Positions 35,118 to 44,293 of a DNA stretch of 64,000 nucleotides are shown here, one piece after another. Each line of letters opens with the position of its first letter. Position 1 is the first letter of the stretch. The position numbers and the translations under genes are program-made. Origin of the DNA: a virus. The notes beneath the pieces are model-generated. The model was not told the origin of the DNA. It saw only the letters and a list, made by a program, of their open reading frames with translations, and searched no databases. The stretch is taken from the IMG/VR virus record IMGVR_UViG_3300045988_180775. One strand, written 5' to 3'.

Positions 35118-35603
35118 TCAGCAGAATTCGGGAACGAGGACACGGACATCTTCCAGATTTTTATTGAACATTTTTGCAACCATTTCGCCTTGGCCGCTGA
35201 ATAGTACCTTGGAAATTGCGTACTTTGCGTATTTGCCACCCCATGCGTGGGAGAACGGATAGGTATAGCAGATTTCCGATTTTCCTTCGTCTTCCTCAAA
35301 ACCGTCCCACACCACATTCGTTTCCAGCATAACAACGGGCAGGTTCGTTTCGACTTCCTTGATGACCTCCGGGATACTACCCCACAGAACAATCCACTTA
35401 TAGAGCATATTGGAGTTCATGGGGCTGTCATCGTTCTCATAGATGTGTGCATCCATTACTTCCCCATGTCCACTGTTCGGGTTTGCCTTCAGGTAGCGGA
35501 GTGATTTCAGTCTTACGCTCGTACACACTCCGTTCTCACCGGTCACATCGAACTCGGCTTCCCTGACATCGCTTTTGATTCGTACTAAATATTTCTGTTC
35601 CAT
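35118..35603 (-). CDS. hypothetical protein (161 aa)
   Basis: ORF with RBS GAGGAGGATACAGT. Confidence 0.55.
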   Translation of the reverse strand: MEQKYLVRIKSDVREAEFDVTGENGVCTSVRLKSLRYLKANPNSGHGEVMDAHIYENDDSPMNSNMLYKWIVLWGSIPEVIKEVETNLPVVMLETNVVWDGFEEDEGKSEICYTYPFSHAWGGKYAKYAISKVLFSGQGEMVAKMFNKNLEDVRVLVPEFC

Positions 35604-35623
35604 ACTGTATCCTCCTCATGCAG

Positions 35624-37012
35624 TTAAGAGACTGTCATGTATTTGACATCCTGCTCCATTGCTTCATAGTACGGTATCTGCCATTCTTCGCACAGAATTC
35701 CATAATCTACCTGCGTCTTTTCCGAGACTGCTTTCAATGTATCGACTCGCCGGATATCCATAAGGGTTCCCACGGATATCAACAAGCCGTCTTTGGTCTT
35801 GAGCGGAAACAGCTTCGCACTCACATCGGTGTTCTTCGTATAGATGCCGCTCTCGACCGCCGCCTCTATAATGTCCCGCTCCTCCGCATCGACGTCGGTC
35901 TCTGCCAGCGTCCGCATCTGTGCAACGCCCTTTCTATCCAGCGTCAGCACATAAAGGTGGTCTAAGCCCTTTCCGAGATGCTCTTTCCGCTTCCGCCTTT
36001 TCAACTTATCGCTGTAAATGTCGGCCAGGTCTTTTGCGTTCTTTACAATGAGTATTCCGTTGTTTTGCTGAGAGATGGTTCCGGCTCTGTTCGCGTTTCT
36101 GGAAAATCCGTTTTTCAGTGTGATTTCCTTGGATACAATGTGCTCGTGCCAATCCATGCCGTTCGCGTTTGCGAGATAGACAATGTAGCTATGAAAACAG
36201 CCGATTAAAAGACCACTGAGCCTGCACATCATAAGCCCGCGTGCTGCCTGCTTCTTCCGCTCCTCGGACAGCGTTGACAGCTCGACCCGTTTAACTTCAT
36301 CGGACGAATAGAATATGGGGCTATCTTTCTTTTCCCCTCTGTTCCGAATCGTTATATTTCCGTTAGTTGCTTCCATTATCATCTTCATCAATGGCGTCCC
36401 GTCATCTGCTGCGCAGGTCTCAACTTCGTACTCGGCTTCGCAATCTTCCTCCTCGTAATCGTCCTCGTCATTGTCCGCACCATCTTCCCCAAGAATACTC
36501 TCGATGTCGTCGAGCCACCAGCGGTCGAATTGCTCGTCGGTGTTCATCTTCTGTTTGGAGGCTAAAACACTCTTCTCCGTTTCCTCCTCGCTCCTGACTA
36601 TAAACATCATCTTTCCGCTGATGCCAGCTTCCACCGCCATCTGCATTGATACTGTTGACCGAAGAAACCGTTCCGCGTAATTCGTTGAAAAGCGCGTGCC
36701 TTTGATTTGTACTCTTTCGGAGTCCTCGACGCTGAGATTGGAAAGCCATTGGATTTTATGTGAGCATTTCTGCTTGAGGTATTCGATGCCGATTGGTGTT
36801 ATAGTGAGATACGTCAGTTGATGTTTGCGAGATACGCCTTTGATGTTGTATGTCATTCGCCCATCACTGATGGTTCGTTCTTCCAACCCGCGTTCAATCG
36901 CACGATAGATGGCATCTTTTGAAAAGTTGAGCAAGAGAAGGGATTTCTTGGTCGCATAATTGAACACAAGCAGTTGGTATAAGATGCTTTCATAGCAGGT
37001 CAATCGCTCCAT
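35624..37012 (-). CDS. large hypothetical protein with acidic central tract (462 aa); possible replication/transfer initiator
   Basis: ORF with RBS AGAGAGGAGGTCTCAAAG. Poly-acidic segment EDGADNDEDDYEEEDCEAEYEVE. Sits directly downstream of an A-tract/palindrome region. Function not established. Confidence 0.5.
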   Translation of the reverse strand: MERLTCYESILYQLLVFNYATKKSLLLLNFSKDAIYRAIERGLEERTISDGRMTYNIKGVSRKHQLTYLTITPIGIEYLKQKCSHKIQWLSNLSVEDSERVQIKGTRFSTNYAERFLRSTVSMQMAVEAGISGKMMFIVRSEEETEKSVLASKQKMNTDEQFDRWWLDDIESILGEDGADNDEDDYEEEDCEAEYEVETCAADDGTPLMKMIMEATNGNITIRNRGEKKDSPIFYSSDEVKRVELSTLSEERKKQAARGLMMCRLSGLLIGCFHSYIVYLANANGMDWHEHIVSKEITLKNGFSRNANRAGTISQQNNGILIVKNAKDLADIYSDKLKRRKRKEHLGKGLDHLYVLTLDRKGVAQMRTLAETDVDAEERDIIEAAVESGIYTKNTDVSAKLFPLKTKDGLLISVGTLMDIRRVDTLKAVSEKTQVDYGILCEEWQIPYYEAMEQDVKYMTVS

Positions 37013-37303
37013 CTTTGAGACCTCCTCTCTTTCATTCTTTTACAAGCTCTTTTACCGAGCCGTTCGGCGGCTGTTATCGACCTCTGCCTATGCGGAAATA
37101 AGCGCCTGATTTCCCTGGCAGTTACCAAGATGGCGGCAGACGGCTCAAAAGTCCAAAAAATGATTGCTTTCTCCGCTGACTCCTGAGCATGACGGAAAAT
37201 TCCGCTGACCGTGCTTCGGAGCCTTTGCAAAATCACGGTTTTTACAGCTTTTTTGTATACAAATAAACCGTTTTTGCGAATGTCGGTTTTTTTGTATGTT
37301 TTT
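37013..37303 (-). other. A-tract/palindrome-rich noncoding region (candidate origin: oriT or ori)
   Basis: 290 bp without ORF. Repeated AAAAACGG/AAAAACCG units, perfect palindrome TTTGTATACAAA and multiple phased A/T tracts. Confidence 0.4.
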
Positions 37304-38122
37304 TCAGCCGTTTTTTGCCGGTGAATCAGCAAAATTCTGACGGAAAATTTGAATGATTTCGTGCGGATTTGCGGCCGAAAATTTGTCCGGACAGACGCAA
37401 ATGTAGGTTCCTCGTGGGACATCATCGGAGCGAAAACCCGTCATGTGAAAGCTGGTTTTTTCTGCGGAATCATCGCAAAAAGTATGCAGGCAAATGGTGT
37501 CTGTGATTGCTTTTGTGTCGAAGTTGTCGCAATCAACAACGATATTTTCCGAGCAAGGAAACACAAAAATATAGTTGATGCTTTGACTTGGGAACGGGGG
37601 AATTTCGTTGTCAAGAAGCATCAGGCTCTCGTGCAAAGACTGCGTAAAAAAGGAGAAGAACCGCTTCAAAGCAGAGGCCTTTTCGATATGTGTAAGTGCG
37701 TAGCTTCGGCTCCAAATGACAGGCAACATCGGCAACTTTATTAGCAGCTTTCCCTCCGAGAGGAAAGTGCGGATTCCCTCGATTTCAGCGCCAAATGCAA
37801 GATAGTTTTCCCTCTGAACAGCTGCTTGCGAAAGGAGTCCGCCTGCGGTATTCGGCGCGATGATTGCCTGATACAGCGAGTGCGTGTGGACGAGTCCTGA
37901 AACGTAGAAGGACTTCACAATTTTCTGCGCGTCAATTTGATTTGCTTCACGTTCAAGAAAGCCATGGTCGTGCTCCACTTTTTCGGACAGTTTCAACACA
38001 CTTCCTGCAAGGTTATTCAGCGCATTTGCTTCCTCTGCAACTTCCTCTGCCACGGACTTTGCCTCGTCGATTTGCATGAGCGTCAACACGAATTCTTCAT
38101 CCGGCAAAGTTGAATTCACCAT
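37304..38122 (-). CDS. hypothetical protein (272 aa)
   Basis: ORF. 7-nt overlap with upstream gene. Confidence 0.55.
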   Translation of the reverse strand: MVNSTLPDEEFVLTLMQIDEAKSVAEEVAEEANALNNLAGSVLKLSEKVEHDHGFLEREANQIDAQKIVKSFYVSGLVHTHSLYQAIIAPNTAGGLLSQAAVQRENYLAFGAEIEGIRTFLSEGKLLIKLPMLPVIWSRSYALTHIEKASALKRFFSFFTQSLHESLMLLDNEIPPFPSQSINYIFVFPCSENIVVDCDNFDTKAITDTICLHTFCDDSAEKTSFHMTGFRSDDVPRGTYICVCPDKFSAANPHEIIQIFRQNFADSPAKNG

Positions 38123-38736
38123 GAGACATACCTCGGAATATTGTTATTATCCAGCGTACAGAAACAGTCAAATCCACGGTAAAGGCGGCTATTTTCGTCC
38201 AGGCATTCTTTCATAATTGCCTCGCCGGTTTCCTTATTATTCACCAGTGCGATGTGCGTAGCCTCCTCCTCAATGGCGCTCCGTTCGCATTTGCTTCGCT
38301 TGTAAACAACAGTCTTTGCGATGTCAACGGTGTTGCAGACGGCAATATCATACGGAATATACCGCTCCTCACCGTTCTCGTCCAACGTGCTTGCGATGAA
38401 GGAGAACTGCATCGGATGGTCCAGCGAGGTTACATCCAGAATAGCGTCGCATCCGACACGGGCAATCACCCAAAACGCACGGATTTTCGCCTTCACATAT
38501 TCCGGTCTCAGCCTCGAAGTTTTCAGGCCCATCCGGTGAAACCAAATCAGTTCGTAGTCCTGTTCGTCGATGTCAAGGACTCGTTGGCTTGCCAGCGCAT
38601 TGATAAGAAAATCAACCTGCGCTTGCGTAAGCTGCGAAGAGAAAAAGCGATACAACCCGCTTCGACTCAGCACAGTACATGACCTCATGAGACATTTCAA
38701 ATTGTCAACAGGAGCTTCATATAACATAGTCAGCAC
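38116..38736 (-). CDS. hypothetical protein (206 aa)
   Basis: ORF. Confidence 0.55.
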   Translation of the reverse strand: MLTMLYEAPVDNLKCLMRSCTVLSRSGLYRFFSSQLTQAQVDFLINALASQRVLDIDEQDYELIWFHRMGLKTSRLRPEYVKAKIRAFWVIARVGCDAILDVTSLDHPMQFSFIASTLDENGEERYIPYDIAVCNTVDIAKTVVYKRSKCERSAIEEEATHIALVNNKETGEAIMKECLDENSRLYRGFDCFCTLDNNNIPRYVSW

Positions 38737-38766
38737 CTCTCTTGTAAATAGTTTTTTCCCCTGAAA

Positions 38767-41259
38767 TCAGCGCCTGAAGGCAGCGCAAGTACGCTTCTGC
38801 TCAATTCGGCGCTTCGCAGCGGCTCTTGCTTTGGGGTCAGTCGTTATCAGGTATTCTTCCGTATCCGTCGCCTTAACATTGATGAAAATGTGGTTCTCAT
38901 TTGCGGTCAGGAGACAGGTTCCACGGTCCATGGTTTTTACACGCTTGAGTTCTTCGTCGGTCAGACCAATCGCATCCGCAATCGCGTTTGCTTCCTCTTT
39001 TTCGCTGCGCAAAATCATTTTGATTTTGGCGTTTCCAATGATGGCGGTGCCAATTCCCGCAGAGAAGAAGTCTGCGATATTCTGCGTGGCAGCGACGGCG
39101 CTTCCGCCGAAGCCTCGGATAGTACGGAAGATTTCGACCACGAAATTGGCGGCTTCGATAGGTGCATCGGAGCAGACCAAGCGCCAAGTCTCGTCAATGA
39201 AAACACACTTGTTGACGTTCCGATTTTCTTTGCATTTATCCCAAACATAATCCAATGCAAGGAACATAGCCACAGGAAGAAAGTCTTTCTGCGCATCGGA
39301 AACATCCAGCACTACGAACTTGTTGTTAAGGTTCACATTGGTTTGCGCGTTGAACGAAGATGCAGAACCTGTGGTGTATCGCGTCAGCAAACGGCACAAA
39401 CGATTTGCTGGTGCGCCCATCTTTTCCAGCTCGGAATATACGTCCGAAAGGATAGGCATTTTGCGGTATTTCTTCTTGTCGTTGGGGTCCAACAGGCTCT
39501 TGTTCTTATGGGTAATTCCGAAATTGCCGTAAGTTTTCAGCAGCGCGTCATCCACATACTGCACCTCTTCTGGCGTCATGTCCGGGATAATCAGCTTAAA
39601 GAAAATGAGAAGCTGCTGGATTTTCTGTGCCAAAATCGAGCCGGAAGTGACCAACGCACCATCGTCATCGTAGACGTTGCCCTCTTCCTTCTTGCGTATC
39701 TCCATGATATTGATATTCTGTCCGGAACCGGGTTTGATTTCAATGAAACTGCCCCCAACCTTCTCACAAAGCGGCAGGAACTCCTTGCCTTTCAGCGGCG
39801 CGATAATGAAGGTTTGAACCCCCTTCTCCCGCATTCTCAATGCCAGAACCTGCGTGGTGAAGGTCTTACCGGAGCCAGAGGAGCCGACAATATTGATGTT
39901 GGCATTGATATATTGCTGGCGGTCGAAGAAGTTGACCAGAACCGGTGATTTGAACACATCATCCACGCCCAGCATCACGCCGTCCTTATCGCACAGCTCG
40001 GAAGATGTGAACATATAGGTGGACGCAAAATCGGAACACAGAATATTTCTGCGGCTCTTACGGAATAGGTTTTTGTCATACTCACATACGGGAATGGTGG
40101 AGCGAAACGCTTCTGCTTGCTGGAAAGTACAAGGTTTAAGAGTCAATTCTCTCTCAATGAAAATGCGCCGGATTTCCTTGAATTTGTAGTCAATTTCTCG
40201 CTCGCTTTCACCTGTAATAGTGAGCATTGTAGACATATAGGCAAATTCGTCGCCGGCCGCGAGAGAGCTTTTCAGATAGTATCCTGCGTCCACCGCAGCC
40301 TTCACATCATCGTAGTCGCTACTGGTGGTTTCTGTGTTGCGGAAGCGCATTGCATTGAACCGCAGGCCATGATGCAGTGCAGTTTGAATCTTCTCCGGTG
40401 AAATCTTCTGAAGCCAAACATCCACATCAATCCCCTCCCCCAGTCCTGCCAGCAGCTGCATCCAGCCGCCAAGAACGCGCACAGGATAGGCATTGCTCGG
40501 AAGATAGCAGCACATATAGTAGATGCCATCCACGATGATATATCGGGGACTTGACTCCGTATCAATGCAGTACGGAGCAAGCACATCATTGACAGGAAGA
40601 TGCGCCGCGCTATCTCGCGTGAAGTCGATGTTTGCCGCCGTATATCGGGCAACAACATCCGCCATTCTCTCGTCAAACGGGTGGTTCGCGCTCTGTGCTC
40701 TGGACATGATATCGTAAAGCGTGGAAAGCACATAGACGTCATCGTGAGGCCTTGAAATCATAATGTTGCCGCAGGCCCGAAGGTTGCTTCTGATGGCGTC
40801 CTCCTGTCTCGTAATGGTGCTTCTGATTTCATTCCATGATGGTGAACGATGTGCGAATCCCTCTTCTTCCTCGTACTGGAATGCGAGAAAGAAGCGACGG
40901 GATACGCCTTGCGATGTGCCAAATTCTGACATCATGTCGATTTGCTCCCGCATCAGTTCACGGGTTCCTTCATTCTTTTCATGGCGCACACTTTCCACCA
41001 TGCCGGAAATATAGTGTTCGACATTTGCGCGATTGGACAGAACTTTGATTTGGACAACGCTTGGAAACGAGCGGATTGCGGCCGCATATTGTGCCGTAAT
41101 CATGTTCTTATCCTCGTTCGACCGTAAGCCGTAGTTAATGGGAGAGAACTCCATCAACTTCACAAATTTCCCGTCTTTCGTGACGATGATGCCGTCACGA
41201 ACATCGCTTATGGGCGAGAAAGATTGGCAGCTTATCACCTGTTTCAGTTTTCTGGACAT
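38767..41259 (-). CDS. T4SS VirB4/TrsE/TcpF-family conjugative ATPase
   Basis: Walker A IVGSSGSGKTFTTQ, Walker B CVFIDETW, about 830 aa. Typical size and position in Gram-positive conjugation loci. Confidence 0.9.
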   Translation of the reverse strand: MSRKLKQVISCQSFSPISDVRDGIIVTKDGKFVKLMEFSPINYGLRSNEDKNMITAQYAAAIRSFPSVVQIKVLSNRANVEHYISGMVESVRHEKNEGTRELMREQIDMMSEFGTSQGVSRRFFLAFQYEEEEGFAHRSPSWNEIRSTITRQEDAIRSNLRACGNIMISRPHDDVYVLSTLYDIMSRAQSANHPFDERMADVVARYTAANIDFTRDSAAHLPVNDVLAPYCIDTESSPRYIIVDGIYYMCCYLPSNAYPVRVLGGWMQLLAGLGEGIDVDVWLQKISPEKIQTALHHGLRFNAMRFRNTETTSSDYDDVKAAVDAGYYLKSSLAAGDEFAYMSTMLTITGESEREIDYKFKEIRRIFIERELTLKPCTFQQAEAFRSTIPVCEYDKNLFRKSRRNILCSDFASTYMFTSSELCDKDGVMLGVDDVFKSPVLVNFFDRQQYINANINIVGSSGSGKTFTTQVLALRMREKGVQTFIIAPLKGKEFLPLCEKVGGSFIEIKPGSGQNINIMEIRKKEEGNVYDDDGALVTSGSILAQKIQQLLIFFKLIIPDMTPEEVQYVDDALLKTYGNFGITHKNKSLLDPNDKKKYRKMPILSDVYSELEKMGAPANRLCRLLTRYTTGSASSFNAQTNVNLNNKFVVLDVSDAQKDFLPVAMFLALDYVWDKCKENRNVNKCVFIDETWRLVCSDAPIEAANFVVEIFRTIRGFGGSAVAATQNIADFFSAGIGTAIIGNAKIKMILRSEKEEANAIADAIGLTDEELKRVKTMDRGTCLLTANENHIFINVKATDTEEYLITTDPKARAAAKRRIEQKRTCAAFRR

Positions 41260-42131
41260 TAAAACAAATCCTCCTCGTCAAGTTCTTCATCTTCCCCATC
41301 CGCGTCGCCTTCGGCGTCAGAATTATCCTCTGCCGCAGACTCCAGCTGCGTTTCACACGCAGGGGGATTATCGTCAGGTTCCTCGGCGTCAGGCATCTCG
41401 TTAGTGTCATCGTTACTCAATTCCACATCGTCGGCCCCGCCCAAATCCGGCAACGGCAGGCCAGATTCCTCAACGGTGCTGCTGTCGATATCCTCCGTAA
41501 ATCCGTCCAGTTCCAACGAGGTATCGTCATCCTCTTCCAGGACTTCCACTTCAACGAAGGATTGGTTGCGCTCTGTTTTATGGAGATTGCCGGCGCTGCC
41601 GCTCGGCGTTTCATCGCCATCGTCATCTTCATCAATGTAGTTGCCCTCAAGTGAACTGTCAGGTGCAAACTCGAACGTTTTGCCTTCGACCATCTCCTGA
41701 CTCGCCCGTTCAGCGGCCTTCTTTTCCTTTCTGGCATCCAGAAAATCCCTGAGTTTGTCGCCCATGCCATCTTCCGACATCATGAGCTTAATGGGGGCTT
41801 CCTTCAACGCTCGTGCTTCGTTGTTGAACAACATCAGCCCCCGTTTTCTTCGCCATGAAAAGAAAATCTTGATAAAGGTGGACAGCGGGTCGCCGTTCAC
41901 GCCAAACAGGCCAAGCAGACCAAGTGGTGCGGAAAAAAATATGACCAGGGATATTTTTGTGGTGATAGGAACTGAAATGACATTCCAAAAGAAAATTGCC
42001 AATACCCCCGAAATCAATCCTCCTTCCACTACATTGCGTGTCTTTAACTGCCCTTGAAATAGTCTGGATTCTCCCATAAAATTTTCTGGAATAATGAACT
42101 GTTTCAAGTCCTCGTTACGCTTATCGCTCAC
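41259..42131 (-). CDS. conjugation membrane protein (VirB3/TcpE/Orf17-like N-terminal TM hairpin, acidic C-terminus)
   Basis: Two TM helices (GLISGVLAIFFWNVISV, LVIFFSAPLGLLGLFGV). Directly upstream of and overlapping the VirB4 gene start. Confidence 0.5.
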   Translation of the reverse strand: MSDKRNEDLKQFIIPENFMGESRLFQGQLKTRNVVEGGLISGVLAIFFWNVISVPITTKISLVIFFSAPLGLLGLFGVNGDPLSTFIKIFFSWRRKRGLMLFNNEARALKEAPIKLMMSEDGMGDKLRDFLDARKEKKAAERASQEMVEGKTFEFAPDSSLEGNYIDEDDDGDETPSGSAGNLHKTERNQSFVEVEVLEEDDDTSLELDGFTEDIDSSTVEESGLPLPDLGGADDVELSNDDTNEMPDAEEPDDNPPACETQLESAAEDNSDAEGDADGEDEELDEEDLF

Positions 42132-42218
42132 GAGAATGCAAGCCTCCTTTCAAAAAAACGTTTCAAAGAAAAGCGCGGCTCCGACTCCGAGTGGAGGGGA
42201 GCCGCACCGAAACGGTCA

Positions 42219-43472
42219 TCAGGCGTTGGGGAAATTCATGGGGCCTTGGGTGCCGATGCACCGGCACAGAATCATCCCGTTGTCCAAATAATTAAGAACC
42301 TTCAGCCGGACGGTCGAACCACGCGGAGGCTCGCTCCCAAGGAATTTCGCAGGCATATTGTTCACGAGTACGGGTAAATCGTACATCTTGATATACGCCA
42401 ACACATTGATATTCCCAGGCTGTTTCTTACTCGCAGCCACGGAAGATACGATGCCAAACACGATGGAGCCGATTGGAAGAGCGCTGCGCATTTGCTTCGC
42501 ACGCTCCAACTCAGGCTGCTTACAGTTCACCTCGACGATGTGGTGGCCGTCTTTCTCTTTGATGATTTGCTCTACCTGAACCATAATTTCCTGCCCCACC
42601 TTGTATTTGGTTCTCGCGTCAACAAGGTACTCGAAAGTCAGGGCGTGGAGCGGCACCCGCGTATCGACTCCGCCAACCACAACGGCAATGCTGTCGCGTG
42701 CCACAGAGGTAATCTGAGCACGAACAAAATCGCCTTCCTGAATGCGCGGGCCATCACCGTCAGGTCGGTCTCCGTAATTTGTCTCCTCAATAATGTCGAG
42801 CGCAGCCTTACGGGACGCGACAATGACATAAGCCGGAACTCCGGCTTCAGCATCGGTGCTTTCATCGACCTGGATAGTCGTAATCACCATCGGCACATTC
42901 AGGGAATACAGCTTTGCCGCCATCGTAGCGCAGCGGTTGACGTACTCTTCACGACCGGCCTTAGTTTCCATATTTACCGTCGCCATATCAATGGGATTCT
43001 TCTGGTAGAACTCGTCAAAGGGAATGGAAACCTTGTAGCGGCCCTCTACGAGCGCGATAATCATGACACAGGGAACTTCCGAATCCACATCGTTTCGCTG
43101 CTCGATATGAGAGACGAGACCATTTACGATGCTGTGGTTTTTAGCTGCGACTGTCAATGAAGAAAGTCCGATAAGAAACTCCTGATAGGCACGGACAGAC
43201 TCACTTCTTTCCGCTCTCCGCCGTCTTGCCTCCCTCAGTACATCAGCACGGGTAGGCTTCCCTTTGGGAGCGGTTTCCTCCGCGCCGGACTGCTCAGGTT
43301 CGTTTCCATCAAGCCCCTCAAAGAGCGCCTGCATCTCTGCGTCCTCTTCATTGGGGGCCTGCGTTTCAACGCTCTCTGCGGTGGAGGATTGGACGTTGCT
43401 CTGTTCCTCAGTGGGAGCCTGCACTTCAGCGTTTTCCTCGATTGAAGCAGTTGCTCCATCTTTTTTGACCAT
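42219..43472 (-). CDS. S1-domain RNA-binding protein (two S1-like repeats) with acidic N-terminus
   Basis: GDFVRAQITSVARDSIAVVVGGVDTRVPLHALTFEY...VGQEIMVQVEQI (S1-like) and a second GSIVFGIVSSV...GSTVRLKVLNYL repeat. Confidence 0.55.
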   Translation of the reverse strand: MVKKDGATASIEENAEVQAPTEEQSNVQSSTAESVETQAPNEEDAEMQALFEGLDGNEPEQSGAEETAPKGKPTRADVLREARRRRAERSESVRAYQEFLIGLSSLTVAAKNHSIVNGLVSHIEQRNDVDSEVPCVMIIALVEGRYKVSIPFDEFYQKNPIDMATVNMETKAGREEYVNRCATMAAKLYSLNVPMVITTIQVDESTDAEAGVPAYVIVASRKAALDIIEETNYGDRPDGDGPRIQEGDFVRAQITSVARDSIAVVVGGVDTRVPLHALTFEYLVDARTKYKVGQEIMVQVEQIIKEKDGHHIVEVNCKQPELERAKQMRSALPIGSIVFGIVSSVAASKKQPGNINVLAYIKMYDLPVLVNNMPAKFLGSEPPRGSTVRLKVLNYLDNGMILCRCIGTQGPMNFPNA

Positions 43473-43524
43473 TGCTATTGCCTCCTTTGCGTAATTTGGG
43501 GCATCTTAATGCCCTACACTTTTA

Positions 43525-43552
43525 TTATTACAACCTTTCGTTCAAAAGTCAA
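43525..43552 (-). promoter_or_regulatory. sigma-A-type promoter (TTGACT-16/17-TAATAAT) for S1-domain gene
   Basis: Minus strand TTGACTtttgaacgaaaggttgTAATAAT. Confidence 0.45.
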
Positions 43553-43629
43553 TTTTTTCGCAGATTTTCAAAAGCAAAAGGCCTATGAACGGAATCCCGC
43601 TCATAGGCCTTCTACTTGCTTTTCAATGA

Positions 43630-44151
43630 TTACCCGATGATAGTGAGTACATAGGACGATTCGATGTCCGTTCTCGGAATCAATCCGACAATGGAACTGC
43701 GGCTGTCAAGGCTGTTGTTTCGATTATCCCCCAGCACAAAGTAATAGCCATCCTCCACGGTGAGAGGAAACGATATACCATCGTCATATTCGATGTTGGT
43801 CGGGGTATTCGTGTACGGTTCACTCAGCGCGATTCCGTTGCGATAGACCACCCCCTGTTCGAAATCAATGTCGATGGTATCACCGGGGCAACCAATAATG
43901 CGCTTAACGATATTTTCATCCAGACCGCTCGAATTGCAAACAACAATGCTCTCAAACTCCAGATTCGGCTTAATGTGATTTGTCAGAATCACACTATTGT
44001 CCGCAAGCGTCGGCACCATAGAAGGGCCGGACACCACAACAACATTGAACAGGATTCGGAACAAAAGAAGAGCGATAATAAGCCCCTCCAGGGAACCCTT
44101 GAGCACTTCACGGCTCCATACAGTGCGGTTGGTGAGATTTTGTTCTTTCAT
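43630..44151 (-). CDS. type I signal peptidase (S26 family)
   Basis: Catalytic-Ser box GPSMVPTL and GDNRNNSLDSR box. Trimmed to ATG 44151 with RBS AGAGGTGATTCCA, because track GTG 44160 lies too close to the TSS. Confidence 0.85.
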   Translation of the reverse strand: MKEQNLTNRTVWSREVLKGSLEGLIIALLLFRILFNVVVVSGPSMVPTLADNSVILTNHIKPNLEFESIVVCNSSGLDENIVKRIIGCPGDTIDIDFEQGVVYRNGIALSEPYTNTPTNIEYDDGISFPLTVEDGYYFVLGDNRNNSLDSRSSIVGLIPRTDIESSYVLTIIG

Positions 44152-44176
44152 TGGAATCACCTCTTCTTTACGCTTA

Positions 44177-44205
44177 TATTATACCACACTTTATCTTATT
44201 TGTAA
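44177..44205 (-). promoter_or_regulatory. sigma-A-type promoter (TTTACA-17-TGGTATAAT) for signal peptidase
   Basis: Minus strand TTTACAaataagataaagtgTGgTATAAT. Confidence 0.6.
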
Positions 44206-44293
44206 AGTATCGAATGAAGTGACCTTACATACAACGGCGCAAGCAAAAAGGCACGTCAACGAAATGTTGGCGTGCCTGTGGCCTGTGCTGATA

